A stretch of DNA of 64,000 nucleotides, taken from IMG/VR virus record IMGVR_UViG_3300021168_000016, positions 1-64,000 of that record; one strand, written 5' to 3'. Positions 48,621 to 57,924 of the stretch are shown here, one piece after another (the stretch's first letter is position 1; each line of letters starts with the position of its first letter). The stretch is from a virus. Both the position numbers and the translations under genes were made by a program. Under the pieces are notes generated by a model, which saw only the letters and a list, made by a program, of their open reading frames with translations, did no database searches and was not told the DNA's origin.

Positions 48621-49376
48621 TCAAGAACCCTTTTGGGATTGTGTATCATCTACTAAGATCTTACCTTCAAGGACAGGATGCTTATCTTCGAGCTTCTCTC
48701 TATCCGGACTTACTACTCGAACATTTTGGACATTGATAGTAGTGTTCATGATAATCTGATCAAATGCTTGAATAGTTGATGGTGATCCATCTTTTCCATC
48801 TGATTCAAATCTGTTATCTGAAAGCATACCCTTTAGACGTGTTTCTAATGCGACGTATGCTGCTTTAGGTACAAACGTAATTCGAGGACGACCTGCTGCA
48901 TCATAGTAGAGTTCTTGAATAGCTTCAGCTGCTTCTCTTGACGGCATATTATTAAGGTTAAGCTGGAAGTTGCCATCAGGAAGAATATCGTAGTAATCAA
49001 GTGGATTTGAATGGGCGCAAGCAGAAACTCGATTTAATACATCTTCTGTAGTTAGCTGCATCTTCTCGAAATGAACTCTTGCTCGCTTCTGAATTTCTTG
49101 GAATATCCGCGGTCTGCGGTAAACATCGGTACCGGTAACACTTTCCTTAAACCCAGCTAAAGTTTTTGCTTCCTTTAGACTCTTACCCTGCAGAAAGAAT
49201 TCAATGAAGGTCATTTCCTTAGTAGTAAGACCTCTATTTGTGGGAAGCGGTGTATTACTAATCTTTTCTACTTGCTCAATAGAGAGACTACTGTTAGGTC
49301 TAAGAGGTAATACTGGAGTCTTTCTAATTGGTAGGAGGTCAACGTCTTTCTTTTCAATTGGAGGAGACGTGGACAT
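48621..49376 (-). CDS. terS: Terminase small subunit
   Basis: LTTKEMTFIEFF..AKTLAGF..P.I..EI..LTTEDVL..A.SNPLDY. Confidence 0.8.
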   Translation of the reverse strand: MSTSPPIEKKDVDLLPIRKTPVLPLRPNSSLSIEQVEKISNTPLPTNRGLTTKEMTFIEFFLQGKSLKEAKTLAGFKESVTGTDVYRRPRIFQEIQKRARVHFEKMQLTTEDVLNRVSACAHSNPLDYYDILPDGNFQLNLNNMPSREAAEAIQELYYDAAGRPRITFVPKAAYVALETRLKGMLSDNRFESDGKDGSPSTIQAFDQIIMNTTINVQNVRVVSPDREKLEDKHPVLEGKILVDDTQSQKGS

Positions 49377-49560
49377 GTACCTTAAGTTGTATTGGATTCT
49401 CTACAGTATGTCAAGACAAACCTTTAACAGACGATTAATAAGGCAGATTACCAATAATATCTACTTGACTTCTTTCGAACGTTAATATACATTAGTAATG
49501 TCTTCGGACTCCCCGCCCAGAGGAAATGTATCTGGGCATCGCTTTATACAATTAATTCAT

Positions 49561-49600
49561 AAAAATCTCCCCCACCAACTAAAAGTGGGGGAGAACTTTT
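49561..49600. terminator. Bidirectional intrinsic terminator
   Basis: AAAAA-TCTCCCCCAC-loop-GTGGGGGAGA-ACTTTT. Confidence 0.7.
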
Positions 49601-49618
49601 GTGCTTAACTTTTTCCTC

Positions 49619-49879
49619 CTAGCAAGAGATTGTAGAGCCATCCCCTCCTGTTGTTATAGCTCCAGTTGTGGTTCCCGTATATATAATCGTATTTGTTGGG
49701 TACACTACTGGATACGTAGGCATGACCCAATACGGCTGTGGATAGATATATGGTGCAAAATAAACAGGTTGCCATGGAAGAGCTACGTACTTTCCGCAGT
49801 TTCTACAGCAACCGCAATGAGAGCAACGATCACAGTTGGCGCAAGCGCCACACTGTTTACATCCTGCTCTTTTACTCAT
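49619..49879 (-). CDS. Small Cys-rich protein
   Basis: CKQCGACANCDRCSHCGCCRNCG followed by Pro/Tyr-rich tail; RBS AAGGAGG. Confidence 0.6.
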   Translation of the reverse strand: MSKRAGCKQCGACANCDRCSHCGCCRNCGKYVALPWQPVYFAPYIYPQPYWVMPTYPVVYPTNTIIYTGTTTGAITTGGDGSTISC

Positions 49880-49890
49880 TACACCTCCTT

Positions 49891-49928
49891 AGAAACATCC
49901 CCACCCCCGAAAGAGTGGGGATATTTTT
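49891..49928. terminator. Intrinsic terminator-like hairpin
   Basis: ATCCCCAC..GAAA..GTGGGGAT flanked by A and T runs. Confidence 0.6.
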
Positions 49929-49933
49929 GCTTT

Positions 49934-50003
49934 ACCTTACCCCACCGGACCTCACCACAACGTACCTAACCCCGCCAGACCTCACCAGACCAGACCCTGC
50001 CGT
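49934..50003 (+). repeat. 14 tandem degenerate pentamers (ACCNN)
   Basis: acctt acccc accgg acctc accac aacgt accta acccc gccag acctc accag accag accct gccgt. Confidence 0.85.
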
Positions 50004-50015
50004 GTCATTTCAAAA

Positions 50016-50282
50016 TCATGCGGCCTGTTTAGCCTTGACTACAGCACGCTTCCCAGTAAAATCACCGTTTGCTTCAGATTGGAAAGTGTACATGCCATCA
50101 ATTCCAGTTTGGACTGTTCCATCAAGAGTATGGTAAGCTTTTAGCCGACCTCGCTTCGTCTTCTTGACGAAAATTGGTCGGTAGACAACAGCGATGACCT
50201 CTAGACCGTTAGCATCCTTTTCTCCATGACCTGGCTCGATAGTAAAACCTAATCCGAGCAGGCTATTTGATTTCTCTGCCAT
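50016..50282 (-). CDS. Hypothetical protein
   Basis: RBS AAGGAG and upstream GCGGTATATACT motif. Confidence 0.65.
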   Translation of the reverse strand: MAEKSNSLLGLGFTIEPGHGEKDANGLEVIAVVYRPIFVKKTKRGRLKAYHTLDGTVQTGIDGMYTFQSEANGDFTGKRAVVKAKQAA

Positions 50283-50335
50283 AATTTCTCCTTTTATAGT
50301 ATATACCGCTAGTTTAGACGAAGTAGCAATAAAAT

Positions 50336-51022
50336 TTAACCTTTCTTCTGTATCACAAAAGACATGGAATCATTTTCTTTATAAAGATCTTCTCCACAAG
50401 AACACTTGAGTCTAGCATAATCAAACTGATCGCCTCCACATTTCCAGCAGCGCAGTGGTAAGTGAGAACGTCTAATCATATGAAGATCTTCGATTGAATA
50501 GAATAGCTCAGCAATCTCCTTTCCTGTGAAGTAGTAATCAAGGGATTCCTGGATATGCTTTGTAGGATGTTCTCCCGTAGACTTAAGATGCTTGATCATC
50601 AGCAGTACGTGAAAGATTGTAGGAGAACCTAATCTTATAAAGGATGCGTGGATATCCTCTACGATGTAGAAGCCACCCTTCCTTACATGAGGGAATCCCT
50701 CGAGTAGACAGATAGCCTGATGCTCTGGTTGATGACTGCCGTCATCGATTATCAGATCAAACTTAATGTCTAATCGTTGGAACATCTCCCTTACTTCTAG
50801 TCGCTTCCCTTGATCCTGATGTAAATAGATAAATCTAGGATCCTTGATTGCATCAAATATCCCGAAGATATCAACACCTAATACATCAGCATGAGGAAAG
50901 CGTTCTAGAAGGAATCGTATCGAAGCTCCTTGGAGCACACCGAATTCAAGGATATTCTTTGGTGGATCGATACGGGTGAATATGAGTCTCTCATAATCAC
51001 CCATGTACTGATGCCAGTACAC
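50336..51022 (-). CDS. Class I SAM-dependent methyltransferase
   Basis: ILEFGVLQGASI..GVDI..DQG..FDLIIDDGSH..GGFYIVEDI. Confidence 0.88.
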   Translation of the reverse strand: MYWHQYMGDYERLIFTRIDPPKNILEFGVLQGASIRFLLERFPHADVLGVDIFGIFDAIKDPRFIYLHQDQGKRLEVREMFQRLDIKFDLIIDDGSHQPEHQAICLLEGFPHVRKGGFYIVEDIHASFIRLGSPTIFHVLLMIKHLKSTGEHPTKHIQESLDYYFTGKEIAELFYSIEDLHMIRRSHLPLRCWKCGGDQFDYARLKCSCGEDLYKENDSMSFVIQKKG

Positions 51023-51209
51023 CTTTCACTTTCCTAATTTTGTCTCTACCGGGTACATTCTTGTTGTCTCCGTATCGTGTCGGTTGCTGTTTCAGTGCCG
51101 CCCAACTCGATCCACTTTTAAATGCTCCAGTCCAACCTGCTGGAATCGAAGCTTCTTTCTTAACAGCAGCTTTATCAGCAATATGCTTATCTTTCTGTTT
51201 CTGAGTCAT
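50997..51209 (-). CDS. Small basic hypothetical protein
   Basis: Likely start MTQKQK after GAGG. Confidence 0.5.
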   Translation of the reverse strand: MTQKQKDKHIADKAAVKKEASIPAGWTGAFKSGSSWAALKQQPTRYGDNKNVPGRDKIRKVKGVLASVHG

Positions 51210-51330
51210 TTTTCCCTCGTAGCCATCTGCAGAGAAAGCAGGGTCTAATATCAGTACATGTAACGACATCGTAAGCAGAGACGGCTAGCAGTGTGATAAC
51301 CAAGCCAGTGATAACCCCCCAAGATATCAT
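51187..51330 (-). CDS. 47-aa membrane peptide
   Basis: Manual translation MISWGVITGLVITLLAVSAY...CFLC; ATGA overlap with the upstream stop. Confidence 0.45.
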   Translation of the reverse strand: MISWGVITGLVITLLAVSAYDVVTCTDIRPCFLCRWLRGKNDSETER

Positions 51331-51989
51331 AATATACCTCGTCCGCCAATAGATCGTATCCTTGTAGCGACAGCGCGTTCAGCCCTCCCAAAGTTCTTGC
51401 TAGATAGCTTGGCTGCTCGTTCGACAGGGGTGCGCTGTTGAGTTACCTGCTGTTCAGCATAATCGACTATCTTGTGAAAGATCTCTTCCGTGTAGACGTA
51501 TTGGTTGTTGTAGATATCAGGCTTTGGGGTAGCACCTTTAGCTTCCCACCGAGCGATAGTCGAATGACTGACGCCTAATAGGTTAGCTACTTCATTCCTG
51601 CTGTAGTACTTTTGGCCAGCCTGCAATACAGTAGTATCAGATCCTATGAACTCGTTCTGTGGAAGGGTATCACGGAGAGATTCCTTGAATCGGTTTATCG
51701 AACAGCGAGAACAGATGGATGAATTACGACGTGCTTTCCTTCTTTTACAGATACTGCAGAGTTCACTCTCGTCGTATGCTGGCTGTTGATGTGCGATTGC
51801 GACTTCTTTTATGCGCTGTAGTTCCTCTTCCGTATACAAGGACATACCATTGTAGCGGGTAGCTGAAGTAATTATCCCTTTCTTTTCCCAGCGACTGATA
51901 GTAGAGTGATCCACACCAGCGAGTTCAGCCACTTGCTTACGTGTGTATAGGTTCGGTGCAGCGTTGATTGGAATAGGTGTATCAGCCAT
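51327..51989 (-). CDS. Tandem MerR-type HTH protein with central Zn finger
   Basis: YTRKQVAELAGVDHSTISRWE..YTEE and YSRNEVANLLGVSHSTIARWE..YTEE flanking CSIC...CSRC. Confidence 0.8.
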   Translation of the reverse strand: MADTPIPINAAPNLYTRKQVAELAGVDHSTISRWEKKGIITSATRYNGMSLYTEEELQRIKEVAIAHQQPAYDESELCSICKRRKARRNSSICSRCSINRFKESLRDTLPQNEFIGSDTTVLQAGQKYYSRNEVANLLGVSHSTIARWEAKGATPKPDIYNNQYVYTEEIFHKIVDYAEQQVTQQRTPVERAAKLSSKNFGRAERAVATRIRSIGGRGIL

Positions 51990-52144
51990 TTTATTCTGCC
52001 TGTAAGTTATTATACCGCTAGTATAGGACGGAATGAAATATTTTTATATAACAACCTTTGCAGACATCCTTAGTAGTTAAGATTTTCATTAAAATCAAGA
52101 TGATGATATCAGCAGTAACGGTATACTAGGTAAAGGAGATTTAT

Positions 52145-52648
52145 ATGAAAAGTTTAGCAGCAGTACTAATGCTGATGATTTTATCTGCAGCAGCACAAAA
52201 GGTATGGGTAGGTACTGTCAAGGATGCTCCCTGTACTGAGATTAAAGACTTCTCGATAGGAGCTCCTACGTGGCAGGGATATCCTGAATCTGACTATACA
52301 AAGTATATGGAAGATACAACTGTGAGGGACGACTTTCAGATAGGACCAACCGTAGTTTGGTTTCCACCAGCACCGAAGGATGCTCCTGGCTGGGAATATG
52401 AGAATGTAGGTGACGGTACAGACAGTGGACCGCTTAAAGACTTTGAACCGCCTATGGATGTACCTGCCCTCACTGAAACTAAGAGTTGTTTCGATACTTT
52501 TTCTTTAGCATATTCAACTGGGTGGTCTATTTCTGAAGATGCAAAACATGGTTGTAAAATAACGTTTGCTACCTGTGCTGATAAGTCTCGTATACTGTTA
52601 ACTGCAGAAGATGGTTCTAAGCACTGTGTAAAGTTTCCTCAGATGTAG
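52145..52648 (+). CDS. Secreted hypothetical protein
   Basis: Signal MKSLAAVLMLMILSAAA; C-terminal TCADKSRILLTAEDGSKHC. Confidence 0.7.
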   Translation: MKSLAAVLMLMILSAAAQKVWVGTVKDAPCTEIKDFSIGAPTWQGYPESDYTKYMEDTTVRDDFQIGPTVVWFPPAPKDAPGWEYENVGDGTDSGPLKDFEPPMDVPALTETKSCFDTFSLAYSTGWSISEDAKHGCKITFATCADKSRILLTAEDGSKHCVKFPQM

Positions 52649-52703
52649 ATGTATAGGAAGTTTATGGCAGTTTAGCAGAATTTGCTAATAACTGAAGATT
52701 AGT

Positions 52704-52802
52704 AGTTAGGATTTTCGGAAAGTAGAACCATATCTGAAGATACCATTGGATGTGGTTACCAGTTAAGATTTTCGGAAAGTATAGTTCTAGATGAAGATAC
52801 CA
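52704..52802 (+). repeat. Two direct repeats, 57-bp period
   Basis: AGTTA(G/A)GATTTTCGGAAAGTA-N10-TGAAGATACCA at 52704 and 52761; partial third copy near 52075. Confidence 0.8.
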
Positions 52803-52960
52803 GTCCCCGTCGTCACAAAAATAAATTCGAAAATTGGCTCATAATGGCCCTTGAATTGCAAGGGATTGCAAACTACGCCGAGTCCCTGTGCGCGCTAGTG
52901 CGCCGAGTCTGTGCTCACAATGCAACCAAATTGTATACAATATACGTGCAATTGGGACGT

Positions 52961-52990
52961 AAGAAAAGGCCAGTGCGTTATGCACTGGCC
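52961..52990 (-). terminator. Intrinsic terminator
   Basis: GGCCAGTGCA-TAA-CGCACTGGCC-TTTTCTT on the minus strand, after gene 52998-53252. Confidence 0.75.
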
Positions 52991-52997
52991 GAGTAGC

Positions 52998-53252
52998 CTA
53001 CGCTGTGTGTGTGGGTTGAATGTTAGCCTCGACTGTCATACCTGCGATGAGCAGGGCAGCCTGTAGCTTAGGTCCGCTTAAACCGCTAATCTCGATAACG
53101 ATTGCTAGATGCTCCTTTGCATCCTCGACAGTGAACCCGACCGAAAGCATTTGGAAACAATCCCAGACCCCATGTACTACTACATGGACGTCAGCGAATG
53201 AGCCGCTATAGTGGCAGCACTTGCAAGGCTCCAATCTGAAGTTACGCGCCAT
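52998..53252 (-). CDS. Hypothetical protein
   Basis: Start MARNFR after AAGGA. Confidence 0.55.
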   Translation of the reverse strand: MARNFRLEPCKCCHYSGSFADVHVVVHGVWDCFQMLSVGFTVEDAKEHLAIVIEISGLSGPKLQAALLIAGMTVEANIQPTHTA

Positions 53253-53373
53253 TGTTTTGTTCCTTTCAGTGTGTGTGTGTAGTTCGTGCAAATAGGCTTG
53301 CGCCTAGGGTATGCCATGCACCGCTGTACTAGCGGTAAGGCACCATACCCTAGACGCAAACTACGTGTACCAA

Positions 53374-53790
53374 CTAGACGGTTGCTGAACCATCCTTACC
53401 CTTTCCCTTTGCGGGAATTGGGGTTGGCATCTTGGCCTTGAGTTCTTCCATCTTGGCCTTGACAGTAGCCAATTGCGCCTTGAGTGTGTCCGGCGGGGTT
53501 GGCATGGTTGCCCCACGTCCCCTACCGGAACGTTCCTTGCGGACAATATCCTCAGTCGCAAGGACTCGGAATGCATCCGTGCCGATATACTCAAGTACAC
53601 CGTCCCCGTATGCATCCTTACCGCGCGGTACGAATCCCTCATTCGTCCGAACGTATGCAACGTCGGAAGGGTAGATACCACCCTTCCATTCAGGGGAAGA
53701 TTCGCGGACTAGGAACTTAATCTGTTCCCCTGTCAACGTAGCGCCAACATATTCGCGGGTTGCCTTCTCAATTCGGGTATCGTTTGCCAT
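53374..53790 (-). CDS. Hypothetical protein
   Basis: Start MANDTR after AGGAG; IYPSD motif; basic coiled-coil tail. Confidence 0.65.
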   Translation of the reverse strand: MANDTRIEKATREYVGATLTGEQIKFLVRESSPEWKGGIYPSDVAYVRTNEGFVPRGKDAYGDGVLEYIGTDAFRVLATEDIVRKERSGRGRGATMPTPPDTLKAQLATVKAKMEELKAKMPTPIPAKGKGKDGSATV

Positions 53791-54701
53791 GATGTGTGTA
53801 TCTCCTGTGCATAGGGGTTTACCCTTATGCCTGTGCTCAGGTATCAGGTTACCCTGTATACCCTGTCCCTTTTGCTGCATACAGGTGAGCCATGCGAACT
53901 GCTAGGGCCTGTATGGTTGGTCGGACTAACCTTTGTACCCTGTCTTGGGTTAGCCTACGGCTCACCTGTCGGGTACGTTTCGCCATTCGATCCAAGGGGC
54001 AGGATTCGGGAAACCCTGCTCGGGGCTGGTACGCGCGTACGGGGTGCGAAACCCGAGCCGCGCCAATTGCAACCAACCGCCAACCGAACGACTACTTAAT
54101 CACTGTAACATGAGTGTTATAACGTAGGCTTGCATATGGGGTTTATACGCTTGTAAGTACCTTTGCTTGCAATACGAAAATAATTATCTTGACATGTTTG
54201 CAATTGGGGAATCTTGCACAGCAATTGTGTGCAATTTACACACACTTGGCCTTGATCGTGCGCCGAGTGCTGGCTTGATCGGTGCGCCTATAGTAAGGAT
54301 GCGTCTAAACCCTAGATTCTAATGGCCTTATGCTATGTGTATGAAAATAAAGGGTTTAGCAAATTGGGCATTTTGACGACGAGCCGGCGGAGGGCAGCCG
54401 ACGACGAAGATGTATATAGAGCCATAATAGGAGCTGGAGGACGTAGAGCAGGTAAATATAGAACAAAAAGAAGAAAACGAAGCTGTAGATTCTACCTCAT
54501 AGAATCTTAATATTTAACAACGACGCAGAGGAGGATGTAGAACGCTCTTGCTCTGCTAATAAAGATGTATCTTACTCCTATTAGGATGTTGTTTCCTGTC
54601 ATAACAGATTCCTCCTAGCTAAAAAGAGGTGAAATATTTTTCTGGCATAACTGCTATAGAACTGAGGTATATACTATAGCAGGAGGAAAGAGGAGGTAGC
54701 C

Positions 54702-55139
54702 ATGATTAAACCTACTATAGACTATCCCAAAGAATATCAAGCCTATTGTGACGCTAAGTTCAGATGTAATAATCCAAACAACAATGAGTATCCTTACTAT
54801 GGCGGACGAGGCATCGCGTTCCTATATAGAAGTTTCGAGCAGTTCATAGAGGACCTTGGCAAGCGTCCAGAGGGAATGACGCTTGATAGAATTGATAATG
54901 ATGGACACTATCAGCCTGGCAACTGTAGATGGGCTACAAGGATAGAGCAAGCAGGCAATAGAAAGAGGAGGATTGCTCCTAGGAGGATTGTCACGTGCGA
55001 ACTGCCATTGGAAATGTTCATTAGATTAGAAGCAGCTAGGAGAAAGATTAATATGCCAATGAATCAGCTGCTGAAAGGGATGATCCTGGAGAAAGTAGAG
55101 GAGATAGAAAGAATTCTTACTGCAGATATCGCTGTATAA
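54702..55139 (+). CDS. HNH endonuclease-like protein with C-terminal ribbon-helix-helix-like domain
   Basis: [50 protein letters not shown]. Confidence 0.85.
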   Translation: MIKPTIDYPKEYQAYCDAKFRCNNPNNNEYPYYGGRGIAFLYRSFEQFIEDLGKRPEGMTLDRIDNDGHYQPGNCRWATRIEQAGNRKRRIAPRRIVTCELPLEMFIRLEAARRKINMPMNQLLKGMILEKVEEIERILTADIAV

Positions 55140-55396
55140 CCGTAGTTGAGGAGGAAGTTAGATGACGACTATGTTGTAATCATATGTATCGCGATATTTC
55201 TGAATCTTTCATGATTTAATAGCTCTAAACATCTTCAATACGTCTTGTAGAGCAATAGATTACTAATCACCTCCGTATACTGACGATGTTATTTATACTG
55301 ATCCTACGGTATTACCTATAGCTAGCATACTCTTCATAGAATCTCACAGGCTTACGGGTATACAATCCGGGGTATATAAGCATATAGGAGGCTTAT

Positions 55397-55684
55397 ATGC
55401 TAAGGCATTCTCTCGTAGGTATCCTACTTGCTGTCGGCTACACAATACTCTCTCGATATGTACTCCACAGCAAAACTCTCATCATTACATCATTCCTTGG
55501 CTTCCTATTCGGCTGGTTCCTATATGATGTCATTAGGCTGATGATACGTCGTAGGAGGATAAAGATCTGCACACGACCTTTTCCTCACATCTGTAGAGTA
55601 AACGGACCTTGTAACGGTCTCCCAAACGATTCACCCGATGACGTAGATGAATTGAAATCGGATGCTTGGAGAGAGGCAGACTGA
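55397..55684 (+). CDS. Small membrane protein
   Basis: Two TM segments, then CTRPFPHICRVNGPCNGLP. Confidence 0.6.
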   Translation: MLRHSLVGILLAVGYTILSRYVLHSKTLIITSFLGFLFGWFLYDVIRLMIRRRRIKICTRPFPHICRVNGPCNGLPNDSPDDVDELKSDAWREAD

Positions 55685-55716
55685 CAGGATTATAAAGAAA
55701 TAAGGGTTATAAAGAA

Positions 55717-55890
55717 ATGAAAGAGGAAATTAGACAAGCATTTGAGGCTTCCTATCCACTAGCTAATTGGGAGATAAAACAGCTCGGTGAGCCTGTAGCT
55801 CGCGCTATCATGGATCAGCATACAAAACGCGAGTGGGAAGCCTTCCAAAAAGGTTGGGAGGCAGCTAAAGAGAGGTTTATAAAGAAATGA
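55717..55890 (+). CDS. 57-aa hypothetical protein
   Basis: Manual translation MKEEIRQAFEASY...WEAFQKGWEAAK. Confidence 0.55.
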   Translation: MKEEIRQAFEASYPLANWEIKQLGEPVARAIMDQHTKREWEAFQKGWEAAKERFIKK

Positions 55891-56060
55891 AAGTATTCTT
55901 GCTTATATTCATTGGAGCTAGCCTATATATCAGTTGGGTGTTCTTCTGGATGGGCAGAAATGTAAATCATAACTGGCCATTTCTCCCATGCTTTATCATG
56001 GGATTTGTCTTCCCAATCTCTCTAGCCATTGCTATAGCAATTAAGCTGACAGGATTATAA
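55887..56060 (+). CDS. 57-aa membrane protein
   Basis: Manual translation MKVFLLIFIGASLYISWVFFW...FIMGFVFPISLAIAIAI. Confidence 0.5.
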   Translation: MKVFLLIFIGASLYISWVFFWMGRNVNHNWPFLPCFIMGFVFPISLAIAIAIKLTGL

Positions 56061-56064
56061 AGAT

Positions 56065-56271
56065 ATGCTAGTTGAAATCACGATTAAAAGAGATGATGGC
56101 ACCGTCGTAATTAAAGCAGGAGGGAATGCTTTCGGTCAGATCGAATGGAGAGCTCCTCTGGATAATGGCTTAATCGATATGCAAGCCAGTAAAGTTCTAC
56201 AGGGATTTGTATTCATCTCTGATTTTACTTATCTAGATGTAGGAGAAATAGAATATGAGACAAGAGATTAA
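56065..56271 (+). CDS. Hypothetical protein
   Basis: ORF in a run of small plus-strand genes. Confidence 0.5.
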   Translation: MLVEITIKRDDGTVVIKAGGNAFGQIEWRAPLDNGLIDMQASKVLQGFVFISDFTYLDVGEIEYETRD

Positions 56272-56812
56272 ATCTTGGATGTATACAGCAGCACATGCTT
56301 GTAAGACGCTAGATAGAGATATGCAGGATCGATTAGGTCGTCAAGCAGACATAGCTGACCTAGCTGTTGTCATAGCTCGTGCCTACTATCAGGAGAATGA
56401 TAGCAATGAAGATTAAAGAAGTTAGATTCATAGAGGGTTAGGCATAATCCTTAGGGCAGCAATAGAGTCTCAGAGATTCGTAGCCAAAACTAAAGCAACG
56501 GGTAAGAGATTAGCGATACTAGATGGCCTCTACCAAGTTACTACTTCCTATTTATGTGCAGGATTCGTGATTAAGGATGGGCTGATTACATTCTGTGCTC
56601 CTATCCTAAGGAATAAGCTATCTTATTGGATGTCGATTGCACAGAGGATAGGAGATTAGAATGTATAAAATACTGGTGATAGTGCTTTATCAAGGGAATG
56701 TAGCTGTGACTACAGTTGGATACGATGAAAGGGATAGAGCAGATATCGCTTACGATAAGATAGCATCTACCAATAACGTCTTCATTGGAGATTTCAAAGT
56801 CATCAAGCTGTA

Positions 56813-57196
56813 TTAGGTCCTTCCCTTCCCTTGATCGTTACAAGCACGATTTCTGATGAATTTAAGACTTCTGCTCTGTATATCATGATAGGCATCAATC
56901 TCAGCAGCAGTCCTTAGATTATCAGCAGCTGAAGGATAGCCCCACTGTGAAGCACGATCACCATCAAAGAAAGGCTTTAGCTCAGGATTACGTTCATAGA
57001 GGACAAGGATAGCTAAACGAACACTAGGTACATGTACAGCGTAATCGATATCATAGAGGACAAATGCTCTACTGAGGTGAGCCTTAACTGTACGTCTAGC
57101 CATATCAAGTGCTTTGCCAATCTGTTGGTTAGAGTATCCTAGAATCAAGAGATTGAGTACCTGTATAGCTCGCGATCCTAGGATTCTTTGTTTCAT
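56813..57196 (-). CDS. LuxR-type HTH regulator
   Basis: LGSRAIQVLNLLILGYSNQQIGKALDMARRTVKAHL. Confidence 0.8.
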   Translation of the reverse strand: MKQRILGSRAIQVLNLLILGYSNQQIGKALDMARRTVKAHLSRAFVLYDIDYAVHVPSVRLAILVLYERNPELKPFFDGDRASQWGYPSAADNLRTAAEIDAYHDIQSRSLKFIRNRACNDQGKGRT

Positions 57197-57280
57197 ACTG
57201 TGTTGACAGTATATAGGTAAGATTCATGTATATATAGGATAAAAGACAGCGGTATATAAAGAATAGGAGGAATATAGAAT

Positions 57281-57709
57281 ATGCCACTAATCGCGAAGCA
57301 AAAAGAAAGAAGTATGAGTCCGCAGAAAGCTACAGCCATCACCTTGAAGATGCAAGGACTTACATATGAAGAAGTAGCGGAAAGAATGAACTGCACTCCT
57401 GCAAATGTTTCGCAATTGTGTCGGCCATCTAAGAACATTGCTTGGGAACTCAAAAGGAAAGCTAAATTCAGATGTCAGCACTGTAATACACCGATAAGAA
57501 CTGGGCATGTCCATCATATTGATTACAACGTTTCAATAGAGATATTCAATTCTATTTCGAATCTACTGTACTTATGTGATGCATGCCATAGCAAGTTACA
57601 CTGGGAAGGAGAGAAAGGAGTTAAATGGAATAAACAGGAAAGAATTAGATGGAATGAACAGAGGGTAAGAAAAGCAAAGCAACTTTATTATGTTAATAAT
57701 CATTATTAA
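57281..57709 (+). CDS. HTH + HNH endonuclease
   Basis: QGLTYEEVAERMNCTPANVSQL; CQHC..HVHHIDY..N.ISNLLYLCDACHSKLH. Confidence 0.85.
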   Translation: MPLIAKQKERSMSPQKATAITLKMQGLTYEEVAERMNCTPANVSQLCRPSKNIAWELKRKAKFRCQHCNTPIRTGHVHHIDYNVSIEIFNSISNLLYLCDACHSKLHWEGEKGVKWNKQERIRWNEQRVRKAKQLYYVNNHY

Positions 57710-57924
57710 CTTACTTGGGATTATGCAAATCACTTTGCAAAACAAAGAACTTTATAAAAAGGTGTTGAAAACAAAGGTAATTCTCCAGATGCAAAGGGAC
57801 GTGCGATAGGGTAAACTGGTAACGGTGTCCGTCCTGAGCAAAACGCGATGCAAGGCGGGTGGTGGGCCGAGCGCCCCCGCTCGCAAAACCTTCCGTGTCA
57901 ACAAAATTCTAAAGGAGACAATGA

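Noticed and set aside
497-50136. Numerous plus-strand ORFs of 60-170 aa in the structural region
   Set aside because: They are antisense shadows of well-supported minus-strand genes and lack RBSs and motifs.
52704-52802. Mini CRISPR array
   Set aside because: Only two bipartite, non-palindromic units with short variable parts, and no cas genes.
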